Positions 9,656 to 18,717 of a stretch of DNA of 58,384 nucleotides are shown piece after piece. The DNA lies in contig JAFZYD010000085.1 of NCBI GenBank assembly GCA_017616475.1, positions 1-58,384 on the forward strand, in the 5' to 3' direction. This DNA comes from Bacteroidales bacterium. GTDB lineage: Bacteria > Bacteroidota > Bacteroidia > Bacteroidales > UBA932. The notes below the pieces were generated by a model. It ran no database searches and was not told where the DNA came from. It was given only the letters and a program-made list of their open reading frames with translations. The position numbers and the translations under genes were made by a program. The first letter of the stretch is position 1. Each line of letters starts with the position of its first letter.

Positions 9656-12268
9656 CTATATTTCGCTTGAGAAATGATGCTTGCCGCTCCCCACCTCGTG
9701 ACGCTCGTAGCCGCCTGCGGTGGGAACGTAAATCTCTGCAGTTGTGTTGAACGGAATTTCCACATCCAAAGTAAAGATGTTCCCCGTAAGAGTCCAGTAA
9801 GAAGAGGCCTTGCCGAAGGGAGTAATCTCCTCCGCCTTCATAAAGTTGAATCCGCCGCCGGGATGGGGTTTGACGCATATTTTCTTGAAGCCGGGAGCCG
9901 CCTCCTTCAGGCCGGCCGCCTCGCGGTAGAGCCAGTCGCCGATGGCGCCGTAGGAGTAGTGATTGAAGGAGTTCATACCGTTGTCGGGGATGGTCCTGTC
10001 GGGCATCATAGAGTTCCACCGCTCCCAGATTGTGGTGGCGCCCATAGTCACGGGGTAGAGCCAGCCGGGATAGCCCTTGTGCAGCAGCAGTTTGTAGGCC
10101 ACGTCGTCCATTCCGCAGGCGGTCAGGGCGTTGGAAATGTGCGAAGTGCCCAAAAAGCCGGTGGTGATGTGGCCGTAACTCTCCACCCGCTCCTTTAATT
10201 TCTCCGCCAGGAGCGGGCGCATATCTTCCGGTACCATATCGTAGATCAGGGCCACCACATAGGCGGTCTGGGTGTGGGAAACCAGGAAACCGTCCGCCGT
10301 GACGTAGGTCTTGCAGAAGGCCTCGCGCGCCTTGGCGGCCAGATTGCTGTAGTATGCGGCATCGCCAGCCTTGCCCAGCACTTCGGCCGCATTGGCAACT
10401 ATAGACGCCGAGTTGGCAAAATGGCACTGCTGCAGGACCGGCACGTAGGTTACGGAAGACTTGCCAGCCACGTCGTTGTCCACGTCAAAGGCCAGCCAGT
10501 CGCCGTAGTGCCAGCCGGTGTTCCAGAGATAACTGTCGCCTGCCGCGCCTGCCATAAAGTCGACCCAGCGCTTCATACTTTCGTACTGATTTTCAAGCAC
10601 CTGTGAATCGCCGTAGGCCATATATATGGTCCAGGGGATTATGGTTGCGGCATCGGCCCAACCTACGTGGCCGGCGCCCACCAGGCCGTGGACCATAGGG
10701 ACTATGTCGGTGACCTGACCGTCCGGCAGCTGGTCAAAGGCCACATCCTTGAGCCACTTGCTATAGAAGGCGCAGGAGCCGCGGTTGAAGGTGGCGGTGC
10801 GGGCAAACACCTCCGCGTCGCCCGTCCAGCCCAGGCGCTCGTCGCGCTGCGGGCAATCGGTGGGAACATCCACAAAGTTGCCGCGGAGGCCCCATTGGAT
10901 ATTGCTCTGGAGCTGGTTAACAAGAGGGTCGGAGCAGACAAAACTGCCGGTCGGTTCCATATCGGAGAAGCGCACCTGCGCCGAAATATCATCCAGATTG
11001 ATCTCTTCTTTGGCAATGCCCTCCAACTTTATGTAGCGGAAGCCGTAGAAGGTGAAGCGGGTGGTGAACCGGCGCGGCGTTCTATCGCAAATGTAGTTGC
11101 TCTGGGCCTTTGCGCTGCGCAGGTTTATGGTGTAGAAATTGCCGTTCTCGTCCAGCACCTCGGCGTGGGAGACGGTAATTTTCTGGCCCGGTTTGCCGGT
11201 GAAAGCGATTACCTCGCTGCCCACCAGATTCTGGCCGAAGTCTATCACAAGTTCCCCTTTAGGGGTCACTAAAAGCTCTTTGGCGGCCACCGTCTGCTCC
11301 GTCTTGACCTGTTCGTTGTCCTGCGGCACAAGGTTGTCGTAGCCGTAGTCGGCGGTGCTCACCGCGGCCCAGCCGGTTGCGTCGAAGCCGGCAGTGCACC
11401 AGAGAGCCTTTTCCCTGGCGGCGTCAAAGGTCTCGCCGTCGTAAATGGCGCTGTGCAGCACGCCGCCGGTGGAGGTGCGCCAGTCGGCGTCGGTAGCCAC
11501 AACTTCCTGGGTACCGTCTTTATAAGTTATAACAATCTGCGCGAGCAGCGCCCATTCCTTCTGCCGGAAATTGCTGCGGTACTGGGCGGGGTCGGTCCAG
11601 CCCATCATACTCAGGTACCAGCCGCGGGCCAGTTCGGCACCCACCACGTTTACTCCGCGACGCAGCTGGGCGGTGATGTCGTAGGTCTGATACATCAAAT
11701 GGTGGTCGTAGCTGGTGTAGCCGGGGGCCATATAGGCCTCCCCTATCTTGGCGCCGTTCAAAAACGGCTCGTAAACGCCGTGGGCGGTGAAATAGGCAAT
11801 GGCGCTCTTAACCGGCTTCTTGACGGTGAAGTCGCGGCGCAGCAGTGGGCTTTCTTCCGTCATTTCCGGCACAATCCACTGCGCCTTCCAAGTGTCCAGG
11901 CCAGTCACGAATGTCTGTTTGGCGCTCCAGCGGCTGGCGCGTCCGGCCGAATCCCAAATGCGCACCTGCCAGGTATAGCGGGTGGCGGGCTTTAGAGCAG
12001 CGCCATCATAACGCACAGCTATCGAATTGTCCGACAGCACTTTACCGGTATTCCACACGGCCCGGCCGTCTATATCGTAAACTTTTATTTCATAAGCGCT
12101 CTGGCTGTCGCTTGAGCGGTCGCTGCTCCCTATCCAACTGAAGGTCGGAGCCCCGGTAATGCCGGAGGGCTCGGACAAATGGTTCACTTTGAGGGAGGCG
12201 ACGTCAACTTTGGCTGCGGCAGGCATTGCGGCCGCCAGCAGCAATATGGCTAATAGTTTTTTCATCAT
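9656..12268 (-). CDS. Alpha-L-rhamnosidase, glycoside hydrolase family 78, secreted
   Basis: ORF 9656..12607 trimmed to ATG 12268 (MMKKLLAILLLAAAMPAAA signal peptide). GH78 hallmark DCPQRDERLGWTGDA is present. The N-terminal region is also rhamnosidase-like (PTFSWIGSS...QSAYEIKVYD, RRDFTVKKPVKSAIAYFTAHGVYEPFLNG). Confidence 0.85.
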   Translation of the reverse strand: MMKKLLAILLLAAAMPAAAKVDVASLKVNHLSEPSGITGAPTFSWIGSSDRSSDSQSAYEIKVYDIDGRAVWNTGKVLSDNSIAVRYDGAALKPATRYTWQVRIWDSAGRASRWSAKQTFVTGLDTWKAQWIVPEMTEESPLLRRDFTVKKPVKSAIAYFTAHGVYEPFLNGAKIGEAYMAPGYTSYDHHLMYQTYDITAQLRRGVNVVGAELARGWYLSMMGWTDPAQYRSNFRQKEWALLAQIVITYKDGTQEVVATDADWRTSTGGVLHSAIYDGETFDAAREKALWCTAGFDATGWAAVSTADYGYDNLVPQDNEQVKTEQTVAAKELLVTPKGELVIDFGQNLVGSEVIAFTGKPGQKITVSHAEVLDENGNFYTINLRSAKAQSNYICDRTPRRFTTRFTFYGFRYIKLEGIAKEEINLDDISAQVRFSDMEPTGSFVCSDPLVNQLQSNIQWGLRGNFVDVPTDCPQRDERLGWTGDAEVFARTATFNRGSCAFYSKWLKDVAFDQLPDGQVTDIVPMVHGLVGAGHVGWADAATIIPWTIYMAYGDSQVLENQYESMKRWVDFMAGAAGDSYLWNTGWHYGDWLAFDVDNDVAGKSSVTYVPVLQQCHFANSASIVANAAEVLGKAGDAAYYSNLAAKAREAFCKTYVTADGFLVSHTQTAYVVALIYDMVPEDMRPLLAEKLKERVESYGHITTGFLGTSHISNALTACGMDDVAYKLLLHKGYPGWLYPVTMGATTIWERWNSMMPDRTIPDNGMNSFNHYSYGAIGDWLYREAAGLKEAAPGFKKICVKPHPGGGFNFMKAEEITPFGKASSYWTLTGNIFTLDVEIPFNTTAEIYVPTAGGYERHEVGSGKHHFSSEI

Positions 12269-12305
12269 AGCCACAAATTTAGCAAGAAAAAGATAACTTT
12301 GCGGT

Positions 12306-13094
12306 ATGAAAGCGACATTTATAGGATGCGGAAATATGGGCGGCGCAATTGCCCGCGGCCTGGTTGCCGGGGGCGTTCTGCAGCCCTCCGAGGTCGTATG
12401 CTGCGACCATAACGACGGCAAGCTCGCCCGTCTTAAAGAGTTCAAAGAGGGCATCACCGTAACCCGCGACAGCCGCGAGGCGGCCGCCGGGGCCGATATC
12501 ATTGTGCTGGCGGTTAAACCTTGGTGCGTGGAGTCTTCCCTGGCGGAGATCCGCGACCTTGTAGACACCGCCCGCACAGACCTGGTGAGCATCGCCGCCG
12601 GCGTCACTTTCGATATGCTAAAAGGCTACATAAACGACCCTGACGCCACCCTTTTCCGGGTGATCCCCAACACCGCCATAGAAGTGGGCAGCAGTATGAC
12701 CTTCGTGTCGGAGTGCAACTCCACTCCGGAGCGCACCAACCGCATAGTAAAGATGTTCGATGCGCTGGGCCGCGCGATGCTTGTGCCGGAAGATAAAATG
12801 AGCGCCGGCACTGCCCTGGCCTCCTGTGGCATCGCCTACGCAATGCGCTATATACGCGCCGCAATGGAAGGGGGCATAGAGCTCGGCTTCAAAGCCGACG
12901 ACGCCCGGGAGATTGTGCTGAACACCGTAAAGGGGGCCACGGACCTGCTGCTTTCCAGCGGAGAGCATCCGGAAGATGCCATAGACAAGGTCACCACCCC
13001 CGGCGGCATTACCATAAAAGGTCTCAATAAAATGGAAGAAGAGGGCTTTACCGCCTCCGTAATAGCGGGCCTCAAGGCCAGCCAAAGTAAGTAG
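12306..13094 (+). CDS. proC: Pyrroline-5-carboxylate reductase
   Basis: N-terminal Rossmann motif FIGCGNMGGAIARGL and C-terminal TTPGGITIKGL motif. It is clustered with proB and proA. Confidence 0.9.
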   Translation: MKATFIGCGNMGGAIARGLVAGGVLQPSEVVCCDHNDGKLARLKEFKEGITVTRDSREAAAGADIIVLAVKPWCVESSLAEIRDLVDTARTDLVSIAAGVTFDMLKGYINDPDATLFRVIPNTAIEVGSSMTFVSECNSTPERTNRIVKMFDALGRAMLVPEDKMSAGTALASCGIAYAMRYIRAAMEGGIELGFKADDAREIVLNTVKGATDLLLSSGEHPEDAIDKVTTPGGITIKGLNKMEEEGFTASVIAGLKASQSK

Positions 13095-13097
13095 CCG

Positions 13098-14177
13098 ATG
13101 GACCGGATAGCAGTCAAAATAGGCAGCAATGTGCTCACCCGAGAGGACGGGAGCCTGGACCACACGCGCATTTCTGCGCTGGTGGACCAGGTGTGCGACC
13201 TGGCCGGTCGCGGCTGCGAGGTAATAATAATCTCCTCCGGCGCAGTGGCCAGCGGGCGGGACTGCCTGGGCACCGCCGGCCGCCTGGACACAGTGTCGCA
13301 GAGGCAGCTCTATTCCGCCGTGGGCCAGGTTCGCCTGATGCACACCTATTATCAGCTATTTAAAGAGCGCGGCTACAGCTGCGGCCAGGTGCTCACCACC
13401 AAGGAGAATTTCTCTACCCGCCACCACTACCTCAACCAGAAAAACTGTATGGAGGTGATGCTTTCGCAGGGCGTCATCCCCATAGTGAACGAGAACGACA
13501 CCATCTCCCTCACGGAGCTTATGTTCACCGACAACGACGAACTGGCGGGGCTTGTGGCCACAATGATGGAAGCCCGGCTGCTTATTATACTCTCCAACGT
13601 GGACGGGATTTTCACCGGCGCTCCGGGCGAGGCCGGCAGCACTCTGGTGCGCGAGATTGAGCCCGGCAGCGACTCCGCGGCGCAGTTCATACAGAAAACC
13701 AAATCTGCCGCCGGCCGCGGCGGGATGCACACCAAATATGCCATAGCCCGCAAATTGGCGGCAGAGGGCATTCCGGTGGCCATTGCGTGCGGCAAGCGGG
13801 ACGGCATACTGCAGGCTGTGGTCTCTGCGGACAGTTCCACCCCGTACACCCTTTTCAAGGCGGCCGACAAGCCTATTTCGGGCGTCAAGAAGTGGATTGC
13901 GCACAGCGGCGGCTTCGCCCGCGGCAGCGTCAGTGTAAACGCCGGGGCTGCGGCGGCCCTGCTTTCCGGTGGCGCCGCATCGCTGCTGCCAGTCGGCATA
14001 ACTGCCGTGGAAGGCGATTTTGAAAAGGACGACATTGTGCGCATCCTGGACCCGGACGGCCGCTGCATAGCTGTGGGTCGGGCCAACTGCGACGCCGCCA
14101 CCGCCCGCCGCAACGCGGGGCGCCAGAATGTGGGCGAATTCGTTCATTATGACTATCTTTACATCGAACAGATATGA
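13098..14177 (+). CDS. proB: Glutamate 5-kinase (with C-terminal PUA domain)
   Basis: IAVKIGSNVLT, IIISSGAVASGR and NENDTIS motifs. A PUA-like C-terminus is present (VEGDFEKDDIVRILDPDGRCIAVGRANCD). The gene overlaps proA by 4 nt. Confidence 0.92.
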   Translation: MDRIAVKIGSNVLTREDGSLDHTRISALVDQVCDLAGRGCEVIIISSGAVASGRDCLGTAGRLDTVSQRQLYSAVGQVRLMHTYYQLFKERGYSCGQVLTTKENFSTRHHYLNQKNCMEVMLSQGVIPIVNENDTISLTELMFTDNDELAGLVATMMEARLLIILSNVDGIFTGAPGEAGSTLVREIEPGSDSAAQFIQKTKSAAGRGGMHTKYAIARKLAAEGIPVAIACGKRDGILQAVVSADSSTPYTLFKAADKPISGVKKWIAHSGGFARGSVSVNAGAAAALLSGGAASLLPVGITAVEGDFEKDDIVRILDPDGRCIAVGRANCDAATARRNAGRQNVGEFVHYDYLYIEQI

Positions 14178-15418
14178 TTACCGATATTCTTAAACAGGCC
14201 AGGGAGGCTTCCGCGACGCTGTCGTTGCTAAGCGACCATCTCACCAGCAAAGTGCTGATGCAGGTGGCCGAGGCCATCGACGCCAACACCCGTTATATCC
14301 TGAACGCCAACAAGGAGGACCTGTTCCGGATGGACCAGGAGGACCCCAAGTACGACCGCCTGATGCTCACTGCAGAACGCATTGCCGGCATCACCGCCGA
14401 TATGCGCGCTGTGGCCGCTTTGCCGTCGCCGCTGGGCAGGACTCTGGAGAGCCGCACCCGGCCCAACGGGATGCAGATAGACAAGGTGTCCGTGCCGTTC
14501 GGCGTGGTGGGCGTCATATACGAGGCCCGGCCCAATGTCACCGCCGACGTCTTCGGCCTCTGTTTCAAGAGCGGTAACGTGGCTGTCCTGAAGGGAGGCC
14601 ACGAGGCGGACGCGTCGAACCGCGCAATAGTGGATGTTATCCGCGACGTGCTGGTGCTCAACGGCATCCCCCGCGAAGTTTGCACTCTGCTCCCCACCGG
14701 CCGCGAATCGAGCTCCGAAATGCTCACCGCGGACGGCCTGATAGACGTAATAATCCCGCGCGGCAGTGCGTCACTTATAAATTACGTGCGCCAGAACGCT
14801 ACAGTGCCCATTATTGAGACTGGAGCGGGAGTGTGCCACACCTATTTCGATTCGGACGGCAACACCTCTATGGGCAAGGAGATTGTCTACAATGCCAAGA
14901 CACGCCGCGTGAGCGTCTGCAACGCGCTGGACTGCCTGCTGATTGCCCGCGACCGCCTCGCCGACCTGCCGGAAATTTGCAAGCGCCTGGCAGATAACAA
15001 CGTAATTATTTATGCCGACGAGGAGTCGTTCGCCGCGCTGGCCGGCAAGTACCCTTCGGACTTGCTGCAGAAGGCCTCTGCAGACGATTACGGCCGCGAA
15101 TGGCTGGACTATAAGATGAGCATCCGCACTGTGTCCGGCGTTGAGGAGGCAATTGAGCACATAGCCCGCTACGGCTCGGGCCACAGCGAGTGCATAATCA
15201 CCCGCGACCAGGAAGTTGCCCGGCAGTTCACCTCCAGGGTGGACGCCGCCTGCGTCTATGTGAACGTCTCCACCGCCTTTACCGACGGAGCCCAGTTCGG
15301 CCTCGGCGCCGAAATAGGCATCAGCACCCAGAAACTCCACGCCCGCGGCCCGATGGGCCTCGCCGAACTCACCACCTACAAATACATCGTCACCGGCAAC
15401 GGCCAGGTCCGCTGGTAG
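14174..15418 (+). CDS. proA: Glutamate-5-semialdehyde dehydrogenase (gamma-glutamyl phosphate reductase)
   Basis: Aldehyde-dehydrogenase-type fold with GVIYEARPNVT, VSVCNALDCLL and GSGHSECIIT motifs. It is translationally coupled to proB. Confidence 0.92.
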   Translation: MITDILKQAREASATLSLLSDHLTSKVLMQVAEAIDANTRYILNANKEDLFRMDQEDPKYDRLMLTAERIAGITADMRAVAALPSPLGRTLESRTRPNGMQIDKVSVPFGVVGVIYEARPNVTADVFGLCFKSGNVAVLKGGHEADASNRAIVDVIRDVLVLNGIPREVCTLLPTGRESSSEMLTADGLIDVIIPRGSASLINYVRQNATVPIIETGAGVCHTYFDSDGNTSMGKEIVYNAKTRRVSVCNALDCLLIARDRLADLPEICKRLADNNVIIYADEESFAALAGKYPSDLLQKASADDYGREWLDYKMSIRTVSGVEEAIEHIARYGSGHSECIITRDQEVARQFTSRVDAACVYVNVSTAFTDGAQFGLGAEIGISTQKLHARGPMGLAELTTYKYIVTGNGQVRW

Positions 15419-15423
15419 GAACC

Positions 15424-15775
15424 GCCACGGCGCCGGAGCGGAGCGGCTCTAACGGTCCAGGAGATGGAACGGTGGGACTACTAATGCAGCGAGATACACG
15501 TGAGAGGCGTCAGGTGGATTTCGTTGCAGGAGATACTGGCATTTCGAGGGGAACCGTGCAGCGAAATACACGTAGGGGGTTCCACGTGTACCTCGTTGCA
15601 AGGGTTGTAGTATGCCGCCCACGCCGGGGCGGAGCTTAAGCGGCGCCGTGGCACCTACACGGCTGATTACCAAGCAATAACGCAATGTCGCTTGTGTAAA
15701 AATGCGCAAGCAAGATGCTGTAAGGTGCTGATAATTAGGCAGGTAAGTGCCACAGATCGCCGCCGGAGCGGAGCG
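15424..15775. repeat. Structured intergenic repeat element between convergent proA and DPP III genes
   Basis: A 15-nt perfect direct repeat CGCCGGAGCGGAGCG occurs at 15431-15445 and 15761-15775. An 11-nt perfect inverted repeat GCCACGGCGCC / GGCGCCGTGGC lies at 15424-15434 and 15642-15652. Two ~50-nt modules are spaced ~71 nt apart (TGCAGCGAGATACACGT..TCGTTGCAGG at 15485-15530; TGCAGCGAAATACACGT..TCGTTGCAAGG at 15556-15603). Confidence 0.6.
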
Positions 15776-15789
15776 CCGACAGGGCTACG

Positions 15790-17784
15790 CTACAGGGTAG
15801 CGTATTTTTCGCCGTATTCGAGCTGCTGGGAGAGGAAGTCGTCGCAGTATTCGAGTTTGTAATCGACTGTTTTGCCGCGTTTTACAACCGGAACTATGGT
15901 GGGATTCACAAAGCCGCGGTAGGGCTTGAGGTCCAGGGCTGCATAGCGTTCCAGCACTTCGCGGTGCAGATAAGGGTCGATGTTAACGGCATATTTCTCC
16001 ACCAGCTCGCGGCCGGCGGTGTAATCGCCCTCGCTCTTGATGCGCTGGATTTCCGCCAGCAGCTCTGCAAAGAGCTCGCGCAGGGCGTCGTAGTCGTTAA
16101 TAACGAAGTAGGTCTTGCCATCCCGCTTCTTCATCTCGATGACATTGGCGGCGGCGCCCTTTTCGAAGCACCAATCGGCAATGAGTTTGCGGTTCTGCAT
16201 ATGCGCCTCGGTGTTCTGTTTGCCCAGTTCGATGCGTGTGAACTGCGTGAAGATGCCGTTGCGGATGTAACTGTCGTACTCCGCCTTGTAGGCCTCGGGG
16301 TCGTTAAGCAAGCCAAGTTCCACCAACTTGGGGTCGGCCAGATAATAAAGCGCGAACAGGTCGGCGCGCGCCTCCTCCAAAGTGGAACTGTACTCCTTTA
16401 GGGCGTTCGGGTTGGTCCCCTCCAGCAGCTGGCCGGAACCGTGTCCAAGGCACTCGTGCAGGTCGGTGTGCAGATTGTCGGTGATGTAGCCATATTTCTT
16501 GGCGCGCGCCTTCTCCGCATCGTCCCAGGCAAACTCGCCCAGCACGCTGTTCTCCTTCTCCAGGGAGGCCTTGTCGTACGCCTCGGTAATGTTGGCGATG
16601 GTCACCGACTTGCTGCCGTGCTCCTTGCGAATCCAATCGGCGTTTGGCAGGTTTATGCCGATGGCCGTTGCCGGGTAGGTGTCGCCCGCAATCACCACTG
16701 CGTTTATTACCTTGGCAGAAACGCCCTTAACCTCCGCCTTGCGGAAGCGCGGGTCTATGGGGGAATTATCCTCGAACCACTGCGCGGCGGCGCTTATAAC
16801 TTCGGTGCGGCGGCTCGCCTCCTCGTCCTTGAAATTCACCATCGCCTCAAAATTGCCCTTGAGGCCCAGCGGATCGCCGTACACCTCAATGAAGCCGTTT
16901 ATAAAATCGACCTTGGAGACGGTATCCTCCGCCCACTCGATATTGTATTTATCCCAGGTGCGCAGGTCGCCCGTGGTGAAATAATCCACCAGATCGGTAA
17001 TAATCTGCTTCTGACGGTCGCTCGGGGCCACTTCCGCAGCCTTGTTCAAATTCTCGCAAATCTTGGTGAGCGCCTCTCCGTACAAGCCGTCGGTCTTGTA
17101 GACCAGCTCCTCCAGCTTGCCGTCGGTATCCTTTATCAACCGGCTGTTGAGGCCGTAAGAGATGGGGCGCGGGTCAAACGGATCTTCCATATCGGCATAG
17201 AACTTCTCCGCCTCGGCCTGGGTGACGCCTTCGTAAAGATGGTTGGCGGAGGCCGCAATCATATCCTTGTCAGTGCCCTGATATTTGCGCCAGGGGGCTA
17301 TGTCGGGGTTATAGATTACCTCTATAAGGCCGCCGTCCTCCACGCCGCACTCCGCGAACAGCGACTCCATATAGCTGCGCTCGCACTCCGGGAAAAACTT
17401 GTGCTCGCCATAGTGATGGTGGATGCCGTTGGAAAAGAACACCCGCTTGGCATAGGAGAGGAACTGCTCCCACTGCTGCCCGCTGCGCTCTCCCGGATAG
17501 TTTTTTATGATGGTTTCAAGCGCCTTGCGAATTGGCAGGCCGCACTCGAAATTCTGCGCCCAAATAATGTCGCGGCCATATTTTGCCGCCTCAGCCAGAT
17601 AGTATGCATACTCCTTGTCCTGGAACGAGAGGCTCTCCCAGCCGGGAATCTGATAGCGTATCACCTCCAGGTCCGCGAAGGACTCCAGACAATACTTAAA
17701 GTCGCCCTGCTGCGCCTTATCGCCGCAGGAAGCAGCCAGCATACAAAAACAAGATGCAATTGCCATAATTTTGAGATTTCTCAT
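15790..17784 (-). CDS. Dipeptidyl-peptidase III (M49 family) lipoprotein
   Basis: Lipobox leader MAIASCFCMLAASCG. M49 zinc motifs are present: HECLGHGSG (HEXXGH) and LEEARADL (EEXRAE/D). Confidence 0.85.
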   Translation of the reverse strand: MRNLKIMAIASCFCMLAASCGDKAQQGDFKYCLESFADLEVIRYQIPGWESLSFQDKEYAYYLAEAAKYGRDIIWAQNFECGLPIRKALETIIKNYPGERSGQQWEQFLSYAKRVFFSNGIHHHYGEHKFFPECERSYMESLFAECGVEDGGLIEVIYNPDIAPWRKYQGTDKDMIAASANHLYEGVTQAEAEKFYADMEDPFDPRPISYGLNSRLIKDTDGKLEELVYKTDGLYGEALTKICENLNKAAEVAPSDRQKQIITDLVDYFTTGDLRTWDKYNIEWAEDTVSKVDFINGFIEVYGDPLGLKGNFEAMVNFKDEEASRRTEVISAAAQWFEDNSPIDPRFRKAEVKGVSAKVINAVVIAGDTYPATAIGINLPNADWIRKEHGSKSVTIANITEAYDKASLEKENSVLGEFAWDDAEKARAKKYGYITDNLHTDLHECLGHGSGQLLEGTNPNALKEYSSTLEEARADLFALYYLADPKLVELGLLNDPEAYKAEYDSYIRNGIFTQFTRIELGKQNTEAHMQNRKLIADWCFEKGAAANVIEMKKRDGKTYFVINDYDALRELFAELLAEIQRIKSEGDYTAGRELVEKYAVNIDPYLHREVLERYAALDLKPYRGFVNPTIVPVVKRGKTVDYKLEYCDDFLSQQLEYGEKYATL

Positions 17785-17802
17785 ATAACCGATTGTTAAT
17801 AA

Positions 17803-18666
17803 TTAAAAGCAAAGTTTGTGGGAGAGCCGGCCGGGCATCACCGCCAGGCCAAAGCGCACCATATGTTTGAGAAAGACGTCCGGCACGGCGCAATCCAGCT
17901 GATTTTCGTCATAGCCATAATGATAGCGGGCGACTATATAAAACCAGTCGCGGCCGGCGGCGCCGGCAATGCCAATGTCGGGCCGGTACGCCACCTCCGC
18001 CTGCACGTTGGCAGGGATATCCCCCGCAAACAGCGGCGTAACGGACGCGGTGGCCATAAACCGGCGGTCCGGAGTGTGGTAGCAGAACCCCAGATTCACG
18101 TAGCCCTGATAGCGGTTGAACATCTCCAGTGAAAAATCGTTGTAGATGGAGCCGATGCCGAAGCGGCCCGTCACCTGCGCGGTGAAGCGGCCGGCGAAGG
18201 TGTGGGTGTAGGTCGCCGCCAGGCAGTCTATGCTGCGCGAAGTTGCCCCGTCATAGCCGTTGGAGCGATGTTCGAGGCTCAGCAGCAGGTCGTTAACCAC
18301 GCCGTAGGCATCGCGCCGGAACGGGTGGTAGGCATAAAGGCCAGGCATATAAATATTGCTGCGGAAAGGGTTCGATGGCTTGAAAACATCCCATACCGAA
18401 AGCTGTGTGTAACCCAGGAAGAGGTTCCAATCCTTGCCCGCAATGTTCTGCATTGCATTGTAGCGGATGCTTATCTGGAAAGTCATATCGTTGGTGTCCC
18501 AATCGGGCCGGGCGTTAAGCGGGATGCCGGCCGTGACATAGTTCTCCTTGAAAATGGAGAGCATCGGAGAGCGGGAACCGGAAGACGTCGGCTCCTGCGC
18601 CCGGGCCGGCAGCAGGGCCGCGTACAGCCCGGCAAAAAACACCAAAATCGAGACTAGTTTTCTCAT
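17803..18666 (-). CDS. Outer-membrane phospholipase A (OMPLA/PldA-like)
   Basis: Signal peptide plus a beta-barrel-like alternating sequence. The LEHRSNG motif matches the catalytic His-x-Ser-Asn-Gly of OMPLA. Confidence 0.7.
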   Translation of the reverse strand: MRKLVSILVFFAGLYAALLPARAQEPTSSGSRSPMLSIFKENYVTAGIPLNARPDWDTNDMTFQISIRYNAMQNIAGKDWNLFLGYTQLSVWDVFKPSNPFRSNIYMPGLYAYHPFRRDAYGVVNDLLLSLEHRSNGYDGATSRSIDCLAATYTHTFAGRFTAQVTGRFGIGSIYNDFSLEMFNRYQGYVNLGFCYHTPDRRFMATASVTPLFAGDIPANVQAEVAYRPDIGIAGAAGRDWFYIVARYHYGYDENQLDCAVPDVFLKHMVRFGLAVMPGRLSHKLCF

Positions 18667-18680
18667 ATTGCCAAAATTAG

Positions 18681-18688
18681 TAACTTTG
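18681..18688 (+). promoter_or_regulatory. Bacteroidota -7 promoter box (TAacTTTG) upstream of purB
   Basis: TAACTTTG lies 29 nt upstream of the purB ATG. Only a weak TTTT stands in for the -33 element about 20 nt upstream. Confidence 0.4.
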
Positions 18689-18717
18689 GCGTTCAGTTAC
18701 GACATAATTTTAAAAAT

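Noticed and set aside
12269-12607. N-terminal extensions of track ORFs: 9656..12607, 5825..6856, 22654..25434, 30262..32547, 40967..42886, 29..1642 and 34876..35988.
   Set aside because: Internal Met codons give canonical signal peptides, lipoboxes or conserved N-termini. The extensions overlap neighbouring genes or promoter boxes and are low-complexity.
15449-15709. 86-aa ORF inside the 15.4-15.8 kb intergenic repeat.
   Set aside because: It has no ribosome or promoter context, its frame spans the repeat modules, and its composition is not protein-like. It is more likely non-coding.
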